Shown here: positions 46,901 to 59,395 of the stretch, piece after piece
How the letters are laid out: every line of letters begins with the position of its first letter
Position numbering within the stretch: position 1 is the stretch's first letter
NCBI RefSeq assembly: GCF_963506605.1
Contig: NC_083288.1
Span: 28,210,001 to 28,274,000, forward strand
Direction of reading: 5' to 3'
Origin: Zootoca vivipara
Lineage: Eukaryota
Length of the DNA: 64,000 bases
The notes under the pieces: model-generated
Seen by the model: only the letters and a program-made list of their open reading frames with translations
The model's database searches: none
What the model was told of the DNA's origin: nothing
Position numbers and translations under genes: made by a program

Positions 46901-48049
46901 CTCTTTCATGTCATGTGGGTTTCCCTTGATGATTCCAGTATCCTTCCGGTCAGGACCAGAACTAGAGGCAGGAATAGTCCTCAAAAAATGCCTAGGCCTT
47001 CCTCCTCCGTAATGACATGGTCTGGTCTTAGCGTAACTCCTTCTCCTGCCCGTGATCACTGAGATCGGGTGTCCCACTACATCCCCCCCACCCCCGTGGA
47101 ACCTGCCCCAGCCATTCTGTTGGCTGAGGCTCACTCCCAGGCAGCCCTGACCTTAAAAAGCAAAATACAAACTATGCAATAACTTAACAAAATAATGAGA
47201 GTAAAAACAAAGCAAGAAACAATTATGCTAAAATTAAACTACTCCCTGCCTCGACTAAACATTTCTCCCACCACAAACAGAAAGAAAATAATAAAATTAT
47301 ATTATAAAAAACCACCATTAAGAACACTTAAAACATTTAAAAGCATTTTTCCAATTGCTGCAGAGAGCTGCTCAGAGTATGTGTGAGTGTAGGCCCAATG
47401 GAATTGGCTTGCATGGATGAGCGGTTTCCCCAAACATTTACAGGAGCCACAACAGCAGCAGCGTCCCAAAGGCCTCCTGGGGCCTCATAGGCTGTAGTGG
47501 TGAGTGTAGGCCCCTCCCCCTAGGCCTGATGGAATCGGCTGGAGGAGGGAGCATCTTTCCAAACACCCACATGTGTTATATTTAACATGTAACACCAGAT
47601 GGCACTGTAGAGCACAAAACCTTTCTATGTGATTTTATCTATTTATTTATTATTGCACCTCGCCTCCAAGGAACTCAAGGCGGTTCACATGGCTCCCCTG
47701 CTCTCCATGTTATCCTCACAACATCCCTGAGAGATTGGTTAGGAAGAGAGATGGTGACCAGTAGGATCAGCAGCACAATCTACAGCACCAAAGTGACAGG
47801 CGGAAAGATGGCTGTGAATCTTCCCCTGCTGTTCAAACCCTACATCCCTTCTTTTCCAATTGGACTCACTCAGAGTACTGAAGTTTGTGTTTGGGAGAAA
47901 AGGGATATTGAGGATTGCTTGCTGAAGAGGTCACCGTTCAGAAGAAGGGTTCAGCAAGCCCTGCCAGCCTGCCCATTTGACACTTCAAGTGGCACCCCAA
48001 TTCCTTTGCTTTATTGCAGACTTTTTATCATGGCATGTCTGGTAAGTGA

Positions 48050-48402
48050 GTGGATGCAGGTGGCGGTGTCAGTTAATCCACAGAGCCTAGGCCTTGCTGA
48101 TCAGAAGGTTGGCGGTTCGAATCCCTGTGATGGGGTGAGCTCTCATTGCTCGGTCCCAGCTTCTGCCCACCTAGCAGTTTGGAAGCATGTCAAAGTACAA
48201 GTAGATAAATAGGTACCACTCCGGCGGGAAGGTAAACGATGTTTCTGTGTGCTGCTCTGGTTTGCCATAAGCGGCTTAGTCATGCTGGCCACATGACCCG
48301 GAAGCTGTACGCCAGCTCCCTCAGCCAGTAACGCAAAATGAGGGCCACAACCCCAGAGTCGAACATGAATGGACCTAATGGCCAGGGGTCCCTTTACCTT
48401 TT
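48050..48402 (+). mobile_element. Sauria SINE, older copy
   Basis: Same head, core and tail as the other copies. Confidence 0.88.
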
Positions 48403-49193
48403 GAAAGGAACGATTCCCCAGCAAAACACAGGAATGTTTCCAGCACTTCTACCCGGGGTCTTCATGACCCCTGCCTTCTAGACACCAGGCACATATTCAG
48501 GTATCTTGCAGAGTAAAACGCAGAAGGACTGAGGCAGAGGTGTGTGCTACAAACTACGTTTCTTACTAAGATTAAGGCAGAACAAAAGGAAACAAGTCCG
48601 AATAAGAAAACGACAACAAACGGATACAGCAAGCATCCGCTCCCATGATTCCAACAATCTGTGCTTGAATGCATAAACACAGTCTTGTGACTGCACAGTG
48701 AGAGGAATAGAAACCCACAATTTAGGCCTTGTGGTGACATGATTGTTTGTGGGCTATGGCTTTTTCTAAAAAACTCTCTTCCTTGTTCAATATTTTATGT
48801 ATAAATGCATCCAGAAGTGCAGTGGGTCATATCCTACTAATATGTACTTTGAGTATACCCACTGACATTAGCCATGCCCATTAATTTCAGTGGGTCTACT
48901 CTGAGCATGACTAATATTTGTAGAAATGAGTTGACATTGTACAGCGAGTACTGAGCATTCAGTAGATGTCAGTTGATCAAACTGGGATGGATCTGGGAAA
49001 AGCCCAATCTCCACTGGTGCTTAAAACTTAAAAATTAATAGTTATGAAATAAATCTATTGTACTTCCCAGAACTTGTTAGTTGGATGAATCCTTTCCATT
49101 TTTTTATTTTTATTTTTAATCATTTGGGCTTTAGGTTTCCATGGAACTGTTCAAAATTAATGATATTCTGACTACTCTATTCTCGTTTTCAAG

Positions 49194-49234
49194 GAATTCA
49201 ACCAGATGGCAGCTATGTGTATCAAGGTCCATGA
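49194..49234 (+). CDS. Candidate terminal exon 4 of FN2 protein A ((G)IQPDGSYVYQGP*)
   Basis: Pyrimidine tract tctattctcgttttcaag|, phase-1 compatible, TGA at 49232-49234 and AATAAA at 49471. It would give a 141-aa precursor. No transcript evidence. Confidence 0.45.
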
Positions 49235-51297
49235 TTCCAGTTATCCAGTTTGGATCACCACAGGTGGAGGGGTAAAAGAAAGATCATTGGGTGTGTCGAC
49301 TAGAAGCCTTGCTAAGTGGGTTGTGCTGCAAATAATTTAGAAGAATGATGACCCTGTTACCAATATATAAAGTCTTGGGAGGCCTTTACCCTGTGAGGTG
49401 TCCTAAAAAAAATAAGATGTGGCAGTGAGAGATTATTAATCTTTGTCAAACTGTATCTTTGTGCTACAAAAATAAAACATTTCTTTTAATTTGCTGGGCA
49501 GCATAAAAAATGTATGATGAGTAATCACTATGAAATATGATGTGTCTGGGAGAAAGTTTTTGCAACTGAATCAATGAGATTGCATAGTCTTCATAGGATG
49601 AATGAAAATATGTACATGTGGCTGGTTGTATGTGAGAGTTTGTGTGTTCTATCACACACTTCACCCAAACATCCAAAAGCTTCCCAAGTGGTCTTTAGCT
49701 TTCACTCGTTCATGTCAAAAAAATATCTGTAGTAGATAAACTGAGTATGATTCAGTATTCAGAGATATCCTAGTTAAAGCCAGCATCAACCAAGCAAAGC
49801 TCTCATGCCCAGCCAATGCCCTCAGCCCTGAAGGGAACAGCCCTGCCACCCCATTCAACTGTTGTCGCTTCCTTTGAAAAGTCTACCTTCTCAGCCCCTC
49901 TCCTTGGATAGAACTTAATGCAAACACACCAGATCAATATTTTCTGTACTGTACTAAAAAATGCAGACTGACAGTGTCATCCACTCTTAACTCGGACAGC
50001 AACTTTTGAAGGATATCATGGTTGATGGTATTGAAAGTCACTGAGGGGTCAATGAGAATTAACAGAGACATGTTACCCCTATATCTCTCCTGACAGAGGT
50101 CATCATATACACATCAGTGATGCTTTGTTTGCAGCACAAAATCAACAAGGTAATTGAAGGTGATAATATGCAAATGATTAGGGATGTGGATCAGTGTGAG
50201 AGTTTGTCAGTGTGCGATATACCATGGTAAAGCAGGAACAGATATCCAGACCACAAAAGGGGGAAAGTTAAGTCCATTTTATGGAATACAAAGCAATGAA
50301 GTGCATATCTGCAAGGCTGCCATGCAACAAATCAAAAAGAAAATTCCTACAAAAACTTCAGTCACAACATGGGATATAATTCATGTTTAAAGGTGGTTCA
50401 CTGCAGTCTAAATGACACATTCAGCCGAATTCAGATGAAGTGAGGCCTGGACTTTTTTGTTCAGTGCAGGGTACCGTGGAATAAGCAGATCATCATGCGG
50501 TCTGTTATATCCATAGATCTGCAAATCTCAACTTCGATTGACACCACTGGATGTTCTCACTCATTTTCCTTCTGGATTCCCCCCTCCTTTTTCTGCAACC
50601 TCTTTCTCTTCTTATGCTAGCCCAATTCAAATATCTTTATTGCGCTCCATAGACCCACAAAACAAGATACAGTTAAAACAACCAAACAGCAGATGAAAGA
50701 TACATACATGCTAATGTCTTTCATTCCCTTGAGCTTGCAAAAATTGCATGATTTCTTTAGATCATGCCAGATCTGCTACCGGTACTTACACATCATGATA
50801 CCTGCATGAAATGTCTTTCTTTTTGTTTTGTTTTTCACTGTGGGGTCGTATAAAGCATAAAACTAAACACAGATTCAGAATAAAAGTGTTGCTCATGTCA
50901 GCCCAGTTTGGTAGGCTATTATTCCACAAAGGGGTTGAAGCGATTTCAAAAAGCATCCTGTTGAAAGATGCAAAATGGTGATAAGAAGTTTCCTGTTTCT
51001 GAGATGGAGACTAAAGCTAGAGACAAGTATAACCTGTTTCTAAAGAATTGTTTATAAAGACGTCCAATGCTAACTTTTGTCAAGATCAGCCCATGGTACT
51101 AAAAACTGAGATACCGGATAAGCAAAGATTGTGCATCATTAAACTATATGGAAAAAATAGTGATGAGGAAAAGCACTACCAAGCAGTACTTTGCTACTGT
51201 GGTCAATAGCAGTTTGTTGGCATTTAAAATAAGCATGTGTATAGCCCCACTGCAATGATAAATCATTGTGGATCCCTCTCCAAACAATTTGCAATTA

Positions 51298-51521
51298 CAG
51301 TGGTACCTCGAGTTTTAAAGGCCTCAGGTTACAAGCCTTTCAGGTTACAAACTCTGCTAGCCTGGAAGAGTTACCCAGGATGAGAATGGAAATTGTGTGC
51401 CAGCGGCACAGCAGCAACAGCAAGAGGCCCCATAAGCGAAAGCAAGCCTCTCGTTAAGAACAGTTTCAGGTTAAGAACGGACCTCTGGAACAAATTAAGT
51501 TCATAACTAGAGGTACCACTG
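51298..51521. mobile_element. Tc1/mariner (Tigger-like) MITE
   Basis: TIRs cagtggtacctc...gaggtaccactg with TA flanks; a related partial copy lies at about 53840-54060. Confidence 0.85.
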
Positions 51522-51627
51522 TATATGCAACAAAAATCAATTGTAATTGTCCCACCCCCACCCCCACCCCCCGAGGCTATTACCCACCCACCAACATTTC
51601 TCAAATGAAAATAGGGACACCCTATTC

Positions 51628-51663
<36 letters not shown>

Positions 51664-51668
51664 TACTA

Positions 51669-52445
51669 CTAGTGTATTTCAGCCCGTTTAATAACGGGCA
51701 CTACCGGTAGAACATCCCGGGGTTCGGAGAAGCGCTTGCGCAGTGCTTCTCCGAACCCTGGGACCTGTCCTTGCTGTCGGCGGCAGGGGGACAGGAACAA
51801 ATGAGAAAGGGCTGCTTTCTCCTCCTTCCTTCCTCTCCCCCAGACGCCGACAGGAAAGAGACATCCCGGGGTTCGGAGAAGCGCTTGCGCAGCACTTCTC
51901 CGAAACCCGGGACTTGTCCTTGCTGTCAGCGGCAGGGAGACAGGAACGAAGGAGGAGAAATCAGCCCTTTCTCCTCCTTCCTTCCTCTCCCCCCGCCGCC
52001 GACAGCAAGGACAGATCCTGGGATCTGTCCTTTCTGTCGGCGGTGAGAACCCCGGCTATGTCGGGTGGGGGGAGGGAGAAGCAATCCGATCCTCTGCTTC
52101 TCCCTCCCCCCGCCTGACAGAGCCAAATGCCGGCTATGTTGGGCGGGGGGAGGGAGAAGCCGAAGACCGATCGGATCCTCTGCTTCTCCCTCCCCCCACC
52201 TGACAAAGCCAAATGCCAGCTATGTTGGGCGGGGGGAGGGAGAAGCCGAAGACCGATTGGATCCTCTGCTTCTCCCTCCCCCCACCTGACAGAGCCAAAT
52301 GCCGGCTATGTTGGGCGGGGGGAGGGAGAAGCCAAAGACCGATCGGATCCTCTGCTTCTCCCTCCCCCCACCTGACAGAGCTGGCAACCCCGCAGCGGGG
52401 GCTTTTCGCCATTTGCCTTCCCCCCAGAGTGGAGAAAAGAAATAT
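51669..52445 (-). mobile_element. Non-autonomous Helitron with internal GC-rich tandem repeats
   Basis: Minus-strand 3' end: hairpin gcccgtt-att-aaacgggc followed by CTAG|T. The 5' end is not clearly identified. Confidence 0.65.
52050..52380. repeat. 86-bp GC-rich minisatellite (about 4 units), preceded by two 154-bp units at about 51711-52020
   Basis: Unit gccaaatgccggctatgttgggcggggggagggagaagc...gcttctccctccccccacctgaca. Confidence 0.9.
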
Positions 52446-52997
52446 TATTATATTTAATAACATTTTTACAGATCAATGTAGATCCAGTCCAGGCCAAAAC
52501 ACTCAAGGAGCCTTCAAGCCTGGGCAGGGTGTATGATCTAAGGAACATCATGGGGGACAGATAGAGAGACCTAGGTGGAATTTGCATGTTTAGACACAGG
52601 GACCTTCCGCTAAAAAAAAATCCACACTTGACTCAAATTTTAGTTTCGTTTTTAGCAGAAATTAGGCCACAACTTTATTGAATACAGAAAGTGAGTGGTT
52701 GCATAGGCTCTGTTTCAACTAGCTCCCTGCACCCTTGCAGGTAGCGCTGACCCAGGGCACCAGCATAGGTCAGCCAAGGGTGAAAACCTGGATAGGCGGA
52801 AAGCAGGGGACAGGCTATGTCCACCACCCAGATGTCCCCCTGGACTCAGACACGAGTCCAACCCCCCTCATAATCATAATCAGTCTTCACCACTAATACA
52901 TTTTTTAATAGAGATTCTGGATATATTTTTACCTTTATCTAATACTTCTTTCAGGTTTGCTTCAAAGCACTTCATTCAAAAACAAGGTTTACCCATG

Positions 52998-53680
52998 GAC
53001 TCTAAATGTGCTCGAAGTCTGGCCAATATCTTTATGAGAAGTTTTGATTTAATAAACCATTCAGTGAATACATCCTGTTTTATGGCCGGTATATAGATAG
53101 TTTGATATTTATATTTTCGGAGGATATTTTTGAACCGTTCATTCGTTCAATAGTGCGAATCTACACTTGACCTTTGAAGGTACATCGAGTCAACATTGTT
53201 GACCTTTCCTTGATGTTCCGTTAGATCAGTTTCTAAGATTAAAACACAATTCATCGGACCCACAAGAATTTAAAGCCCATTCAAAAATACTTTCTGCATC
53301 CTTATTACAATGAGGTTATCCAAACTCAGTCATAACAACTGCCATCCAAAAAACACACGTAGGAGAGAGGTTGACCCTTCTGACATCTGTTTCACATGTT
53401 AATATAAGATCTTCGCATATTTACGCTTCCCTACAATATAACCATATGACTTTTGAAATTGAGAAAATTATTAGGCGTCATTGGCGTATTCTTAAGCATA
53501 TCCCAGGGTGCGATAACATCCCCCTCTTTGCCAAACGACACACAAAGTCATTTTAAGAGATCTTGGTGCATATGGATGTAAAATCCATACTCACGTTGTC
53601 CAGTCCTCCACATGGTTTTTTTTTTTTTAAGATGTGGGCATTGTACTTCCTATAAATATGCTCTACAGGTAAATAGTTTA
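52998..53680 (+). mobile_element. Penelope remnant, duplicate of 36045-37200 with deletions
   Basis: SHIYASLQYNHMTFEIEKIIRRHW matches copy A. Confidence 0.85.
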
Positions 53681-55238
53681 TCCATATAACCTCACATTGT
53701 AACAGTTGATGTTTATCGCAGCTAATACAATGACACAGAACTACTATCTTCTTACATCACTTTTGGTATGTACAGTTGTTTATGGCATTTAAATTATTCT
53801 TTATGTTAAAAAGTGTGTGACATCACAACATTGCATTCATGGTGCTACTTCTGGTTAAGAACTTAATTTGTTCCGGAGGTCCGTTATTAACATGAAACTG
53901 TTCTTAATCTGAAGCACCACTTTAGCTAATGGGGCCTCCTGTTGCCGCCGCACTGCCAAAGCACAATTTCTGTTCTCATCCTGAAGCAAAGTTCTTAATG
54001 TCAGGTACTATTTCTTGGTTAGCGAAGTTTGGAACCTGAAGTGTTGTAACCCAAGGAACCCGTCTATTTGCATCACCCAGAACTACTGATGAAACCAAGA
54101 ACGGTGAAACAAGGATCATATTCCAGAAATCCTTGTCTTTGGAATAGGATTCTGTGGAACTGGAACTGGTGGAACTGTGGAGCTGGCACCTGTGAAGTAA
54201 CAGCCTTAAGGCAGGCATTAATGGGAGATCCTCCTCAGACGACTGGATGCTGAGCGCCTCCCTCGAAGCAGCAGACCAGACTTGCACAAAACTAAAAGTA
54301 TCTGAGGAGCTTGGCTGGGAAGATGATTCCCCCCCCCCATGCTGTGCAAACTGAACTCCCAGGTCCCGGGGGTGCTGACTGCAAACGAGGCAGTCCAGAA
54401 TGGAAGGCACACTGCATCATGGCACCCATACTCCTCCTAGGATGACCCCTAGGACTAGCTGGGACTGGGATCCTGGAAGGCAGGAATTGGGAGAACAAGG
54501 CACCAGAAGAATCAAAAGCCTCGCTCCCTTTGCTCACATCCGAAGGACCATGAGCCTCAAAACAGTAGAAGACGTGGAAGGGCCGGGCTGAGAAACAGGC
54601 TGCCTTCCAAACTGCTGAGCCAAATATTCCAGCTCAGTATTAAACCTTGACACGGCCACAGGATCTGATCCGATATCGGCTATAATTGCACCCAAGTGAT
54701 CCAGCGTATGCTGGGGAAACGCTGGGGGAGTCACTGAACACAGTGACTGAGACGGGCCTCTGATCACCCTTTTAGAAGGGAGAGCAGGACTGGAATTCCT
54801 CTTGATAGGCATCCCAAAACCTTCTTTCTTTTTTTTAAAAAAAGGGGGAATTACAGAAATACAAACGGAATTGAAAAGGCACGCTCCCGCCAAAACAAGA
54901 TGGCTCTCCCACCAAAATTAGCTGGGTGAAGACCTCCCCTACTTGAAAGAAGGTACAAAACAGCGATTGCGTTAAATCGGGGGGGGGGGGGTCCCGGCCC
55001 TGAAAATTCCCCACCAGCCCCTTAAGCCGAACAGAACAAAGGCATATTGCTCAAAGAGGGAACTCCCCGCGATGCCCAAAAACGATCGGCTGCCCAATAA
55101 AATTTTCAAGCCCCAAAGCTGCAGCCGCAGCCGGGAGAAGGAAAAGCTGCTGTGCCAAAAGCCCACGGTTATTAAAGAGGCAGTGGCAAGCTCGACAGAC
55201 CGGGAGTGCTCAAGGGGCTGAAGCCCCGTGGGTGAAAG

Positions 55239-55380
55239 NNNNNNNNNNNNNNNNNNNNNNNNNNNNNNNNNNNNNNNNNNNNNNNNNNNNNNNNNNNNNN
55301 NNNNNNNNNNNNNNNNNNNNNNNNNNNNNNNNNNNNNNNNNNNNNNNNNNNNNNNNNNNNNNNNNNNNNNNNNNNNNNNN
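55239..55380. other. Assembly gap (142 N)
   Basis: Run of N. Confidence 1.
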
Positions 55381-55751
55381 CTGGGAAAATCAAGGGGGAA
55401 AGGGGGAATAAAGGAAAGAGATCAATAGGACGATCCATCAAATGTAAATCAATCTTTCTCTCTTGGTTCACAGAGGAAACAGCTGTTGCTTTTTCGAATG
55501 CATACACCGAAAGAGGAAGTTCTGGGTCAGGTGCATGGGTATATATGGGTCCCTCAATTCGTTTGCAATGTGACCCACTGGCCAGATTGAACCCAACTTC
55601 GAGGGACCTACCAATCGGGTGTTGTGGCTAACCAATTTTACCCACCGAAAACACAGGCGGTCGTTCTCCAGGTCTCACCAAAACATGTGCCATTTTGAGG
55701 GAGGACCCAATCTAGACACATATAAAAACTGTTCTGAAAATGCTTATTTGA

Positions 55752-56092
55752 ATCATAGAACTGGAAGAGACCACAAGTTTGTGGTCTACCAAGACTCCTA
55801 GGTCCTTTTCACATGTACTGCTCTCAAGCCAGGTGTCTCCCATCCTGTATTTGTGCCTTTTATTTTATTTTTGCCCAATTTTAGTACTTTACATTTCTCC
55901 TTGTTAAAATTCATCTTGTTTGCTTTGGCTCAGTTGTCTAATCTGTTAAGGTCATTTTGAAGTGTGATCCTGTCCTCTGGGGTATTAGCCACCCCTCCCA
56001 ATTTGGTGTCATCTGCAAACTTGCTCAGGATACCCTCAAGCCCATCATCCAAGTTATTGATAAAGATGTTGAATAAGACTGGGGCCAAGACC
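55752..56092 (-). mobile_element. CR1 LINE RT fragment
   Basis: The minus strand reads [30 protein letters not shown]. Confidence 0.85.
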
Positions 56093-57154
56093 AGCATTTT
56101 TTAAAAAATACATTGAATTTTCCATGAGACTCATCATTGCCCTCTAGTGTCACATTGTATATTACACTTAAAACACACTTAAAACGTTTTATTTGCAGCT
56201 GTATAGCTGAGTCCCTGGAGGCGAGGCCTGAGCTTCCCTACGCCTGCTTAGGGATGTAAGAACAAGCAATTTCTATTCTGACCTGTCAAGGTCATCTTGT
56301 TCCCATCAGTTTTTGCCAAATATGAAATTATTTGTCTTATTTGTCTGCTATTTAATTCAATTATGTAATTTACAAATTTATTAATTTTACATAATTAACA
56401 GTATAATTATTTCCTGACTGTACTTGTCAGGGAAAAGGTCATTCATTACAATGTAAAAGGAAAAACAATTTACCGTATTTTTCGCTCCATAAGGTGAACT
56501 TTTTCCCTCTTAAAAAGCAAGGGGAAATCTCAGGGGGGAGGCTGAGCACCGCCTCCTTCCTTCTCTCATGTCCTGTTGTCAATTAGTCCAGTGATCTCCC
56601 CACACCAGAGAGAAAAATGGGGTATTAGCTCTTTCTCTGCTGTGCTAATTTTCAATTTGCAGGGATATAGGCTAAAAAGATTAACTTTCCACATCTGTAT
56701 TTTTCCACCAGCATTCTACCACATCAGGAAACAACCACCTCCTTTTGTTGAATATGTTTCCTTTGTGGACTTTTAAGGACAGATAAGGTTCTGTGTAAAT
56801 AATGTCATAAAATGTATAATTAGCATATTATAGGCTTTTAACCCTCCCTCCCCAGATCATGATTGTGGTAAAGGTATAGTAGGAATCTGTCTGTTGATAC
56901 ATCATTCCTGCAGAATAGAGGGAATAATTCACAATTTCAGGTCAGATGTAATCCTTTTCTAAGGAAGCTTCCTTATTCACTAATTGCAAGATAAGATTCA
57001 CTTCCCTTTGTTCTTGGCATTGTGTACAAAGAGGAAACAAAAAATTATGAGGCACACTGAGCTGCTGTTGGGAAATATAAACATATGCCATTTCTTGTGG
57101 TTGTGCAAACATCAGACACCTGTAGTTGGAGGAAGGAAAGGCTAAGTGGGGCTT

Positions 57155-57162
57155 ATAAAAAG
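57155..57162 (+). promoter_or_regulatory. TATA box of FN2 gene B
   Basis: TATAAAAA about 36 nt before the ATG, within an upstream region of about 600 bp conserved between the copies. Confidence 0.5.
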
Positions 57163-57190
57163 AGTACCCGCCTCATCCCTTAGAGAAGAG

Positions 57191-57257
57191 ATGGGCTCCA
57201 TCATGGCATTCCTCTTGCTCACTTGTGGTCTCTTACTATTGTTGACTGAAGCTGTCG
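57191..57257 (+). CDS. FN2-domain secreted protein B, exon 1: signal peptide
   Basis: MGSIMAFLLLTCGLLLLLTEAV, then a phase-1 donor G|gtaag. Confidence 0.85.
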
Positions 57258-57862
57258 GTAAGAAATATTCCATGAATTCTTTCCGATTCATCTTAACGAG
57301 CCTAGTGGATATCTGCTTTCAAAGGATCTCTTACAGCTAGCCATCACTTGCATAAACTTCTGTTTAGCTATGGTCCTGTCTTAGTGGGGAAAAGATGACT
57401 TACAGTCTGTCCACCCATCAGTAAGTCCCACTGAGTTAATGGGTTTACCAGTGCTATTTTTTCCAGAAAAAGAGGTGCTGGAACTCAACATGAACAGCTC
57501 CCTTGTTCTGTTATAATGGCAATGGCACCTACCTGAGAGGTGCTGGAAGTGAGTTCTGGAGAGTTCCAGCTGAAAAAAACAACCCTGGGCCTTACTCCCA
57601 GGTAAGTGTGCACAGGATTGCAGCCTTCACAGAGGTTCTATCTCCCTTAAACTAAACCTCAGGCATGTATAACTAAGGGTAGACTGAAATTCCTTCCCCT
57701 TAAAACTGCCACATCCTTCACATGCAAAAATGGGTCATGGTTTTCTGCTGCTTTTAGGAGACATCTGAAGGCAGCGTGTTTAGGTAAGTTATTAATGTTT
57801 GATGTTTTAGTATGTGATGTGAGCCACCCAGAGTGGCTGGGGAAACCCAGCCGGATGGGTGA

Positions 57863-57916
<54 letters not shown>

Positions 57917-58473
57917 CCACTCCTTACCGCTGAATTGGACCAAATGGCAATCCATGGAAAACCCAAATTGCCATTCAATCTGATTCAGTGGTAAAGATTG
58001 GGTTTTGCTTAGAAACTGGTGGGCAAAATAAATTAAAGAATAAGCACTCAGACATGGACTGAGAAAGCATGGCTGCTGGTTACAAGTGCCTCTACCACAG
58101 CCCAGGTTGGGTGGGATGCTCCAGTGACTACATACGGTACCAGTCTGTGGCACACTGGGGAGGGAGGAATGCCAACTCACCACAGGAGACAGATTGAGAA
58201 GCAGTGGCTTGCTCTGTATCAACTGCTCGTTTGCTGCTAGTTTTTGAAGCCACATTCACATGGTATCAGCCACGATCCATATTGATGCTGTTGTTTCTGC
58301 TGTTTGGTGTGTGTTTTTCTTAAACCAGCTTCAATTCAACTAGAAAACTGAATGCTGAGTAAGTGGAAATTGAGACAGCTGTCGCACATGCATGGATGAT
58401 AACCACACTGTTTCCAGTTTCCAATTAATTGCAGTTCTTATTCTTACACCTTTGTCCCCCGTTTCCATTTCAG

Positions 58474-58620
58474 TTGGTGCTCCCTGTATTTTCCCATTTA
58501 TTTACAAGAATAAATCCTATTCCTCGTGCACCAAGGTTAAACATCATTCAATATGGTGTGCCATATCACTTCGCCCTGGCACAAAAATCATGAAAAGCTG
58601 GAAAAATTGTGAAACTAAAG
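58474..58620 (+). CDS. FN2 protein B, exon 2: first FN2 domain
   Basis: CIFPFIY..Y..CT...IWCA...WKNC; 147 nt, phase 1-1; splice sites intact. Confidence 0.9.
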
Positions 58621-59395
58621 GTGACCTGTATTTTCTTCTCTTTCTGGTTTCCTATGTCATACATATGCATAGCCATTTTACTGGAATAAAGTAAACAAAT
58701 CCTCCTTATGAACATTAAAGCTAGATGTGGGTTTTCCAAAGGCATCTGACTGGACATTGTGGAAACAAACTGTTGGATTAGATGGGCCTTTGGTCTGGTC
58801 TGATGTAGCAGAACTCTTTCTGTGCTCTTAATGAGCTTTGGGACTAATGAGCTTGTATTGATCTTCCTTATGCCCGAACTATTACAAATCTCCTTCCAAG
58901 GATCAAATAAAAGTTGCTTCAAGCAACAAGATCTCTCAAGAAATTAAACACATCACCAGTATGTGAATTTGTAAATCTGGTTCAAACTATGTACCTAAGA
59001 GGCACTTTTGTACAAATATTTCCTACTAATAATTGATAAAGATTGCATAGACCATAAAAGTCACATGTCATCTTTTCTAATATTACTAATATTACATTAG
59101 CATAAAGGCCAGCTATCCTCATGTCTTGTTTTATACCTAGTATAACTGAATCTTTATTTATAGTTTCTTGTTTCTTTAACATTATTGTCAATTGAGCTAT
59201 TGTCACTTGCTCTCACAGGCTCCTGACCAATTCTTTTGTCCTTGGTTTGTAGCTTTCTTTCTAAGCCTTTGCAAAGGAGATCCCCAGCAAGGTTTATATA
59301 TATGAGACTTGTTCACCCTTTTGGTTTATTTTTTGTATGTTGTGATCATCGCTAGTATGTTTCAATGTATATAATCTCACTCTGTTTGGGCCTAG

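Noticed and set aside
8602-48424. Recurrent small ORFs of the type MTKLLLANQSS...GFEPPTF
   Set aside because: They are translations of Sauria SINE copies, not a gene family.
52050-52380. Regularly spaced palindromic repeats resembling a CRISPR array
   Set aside because: Units are fully repeated with no unique spacers, there are no cas genes, and the context is eukaryotic; it is a minisatellite inside a Helitron-like element.
54790-55740. GC-rich sequence on both sides of the gap, possibly the 5' end of a LINE or an LTR/PBS
   Set aside because: Absent from copy A, so probably an insertion, but I could not confirm any diagnostic motif to classify it.
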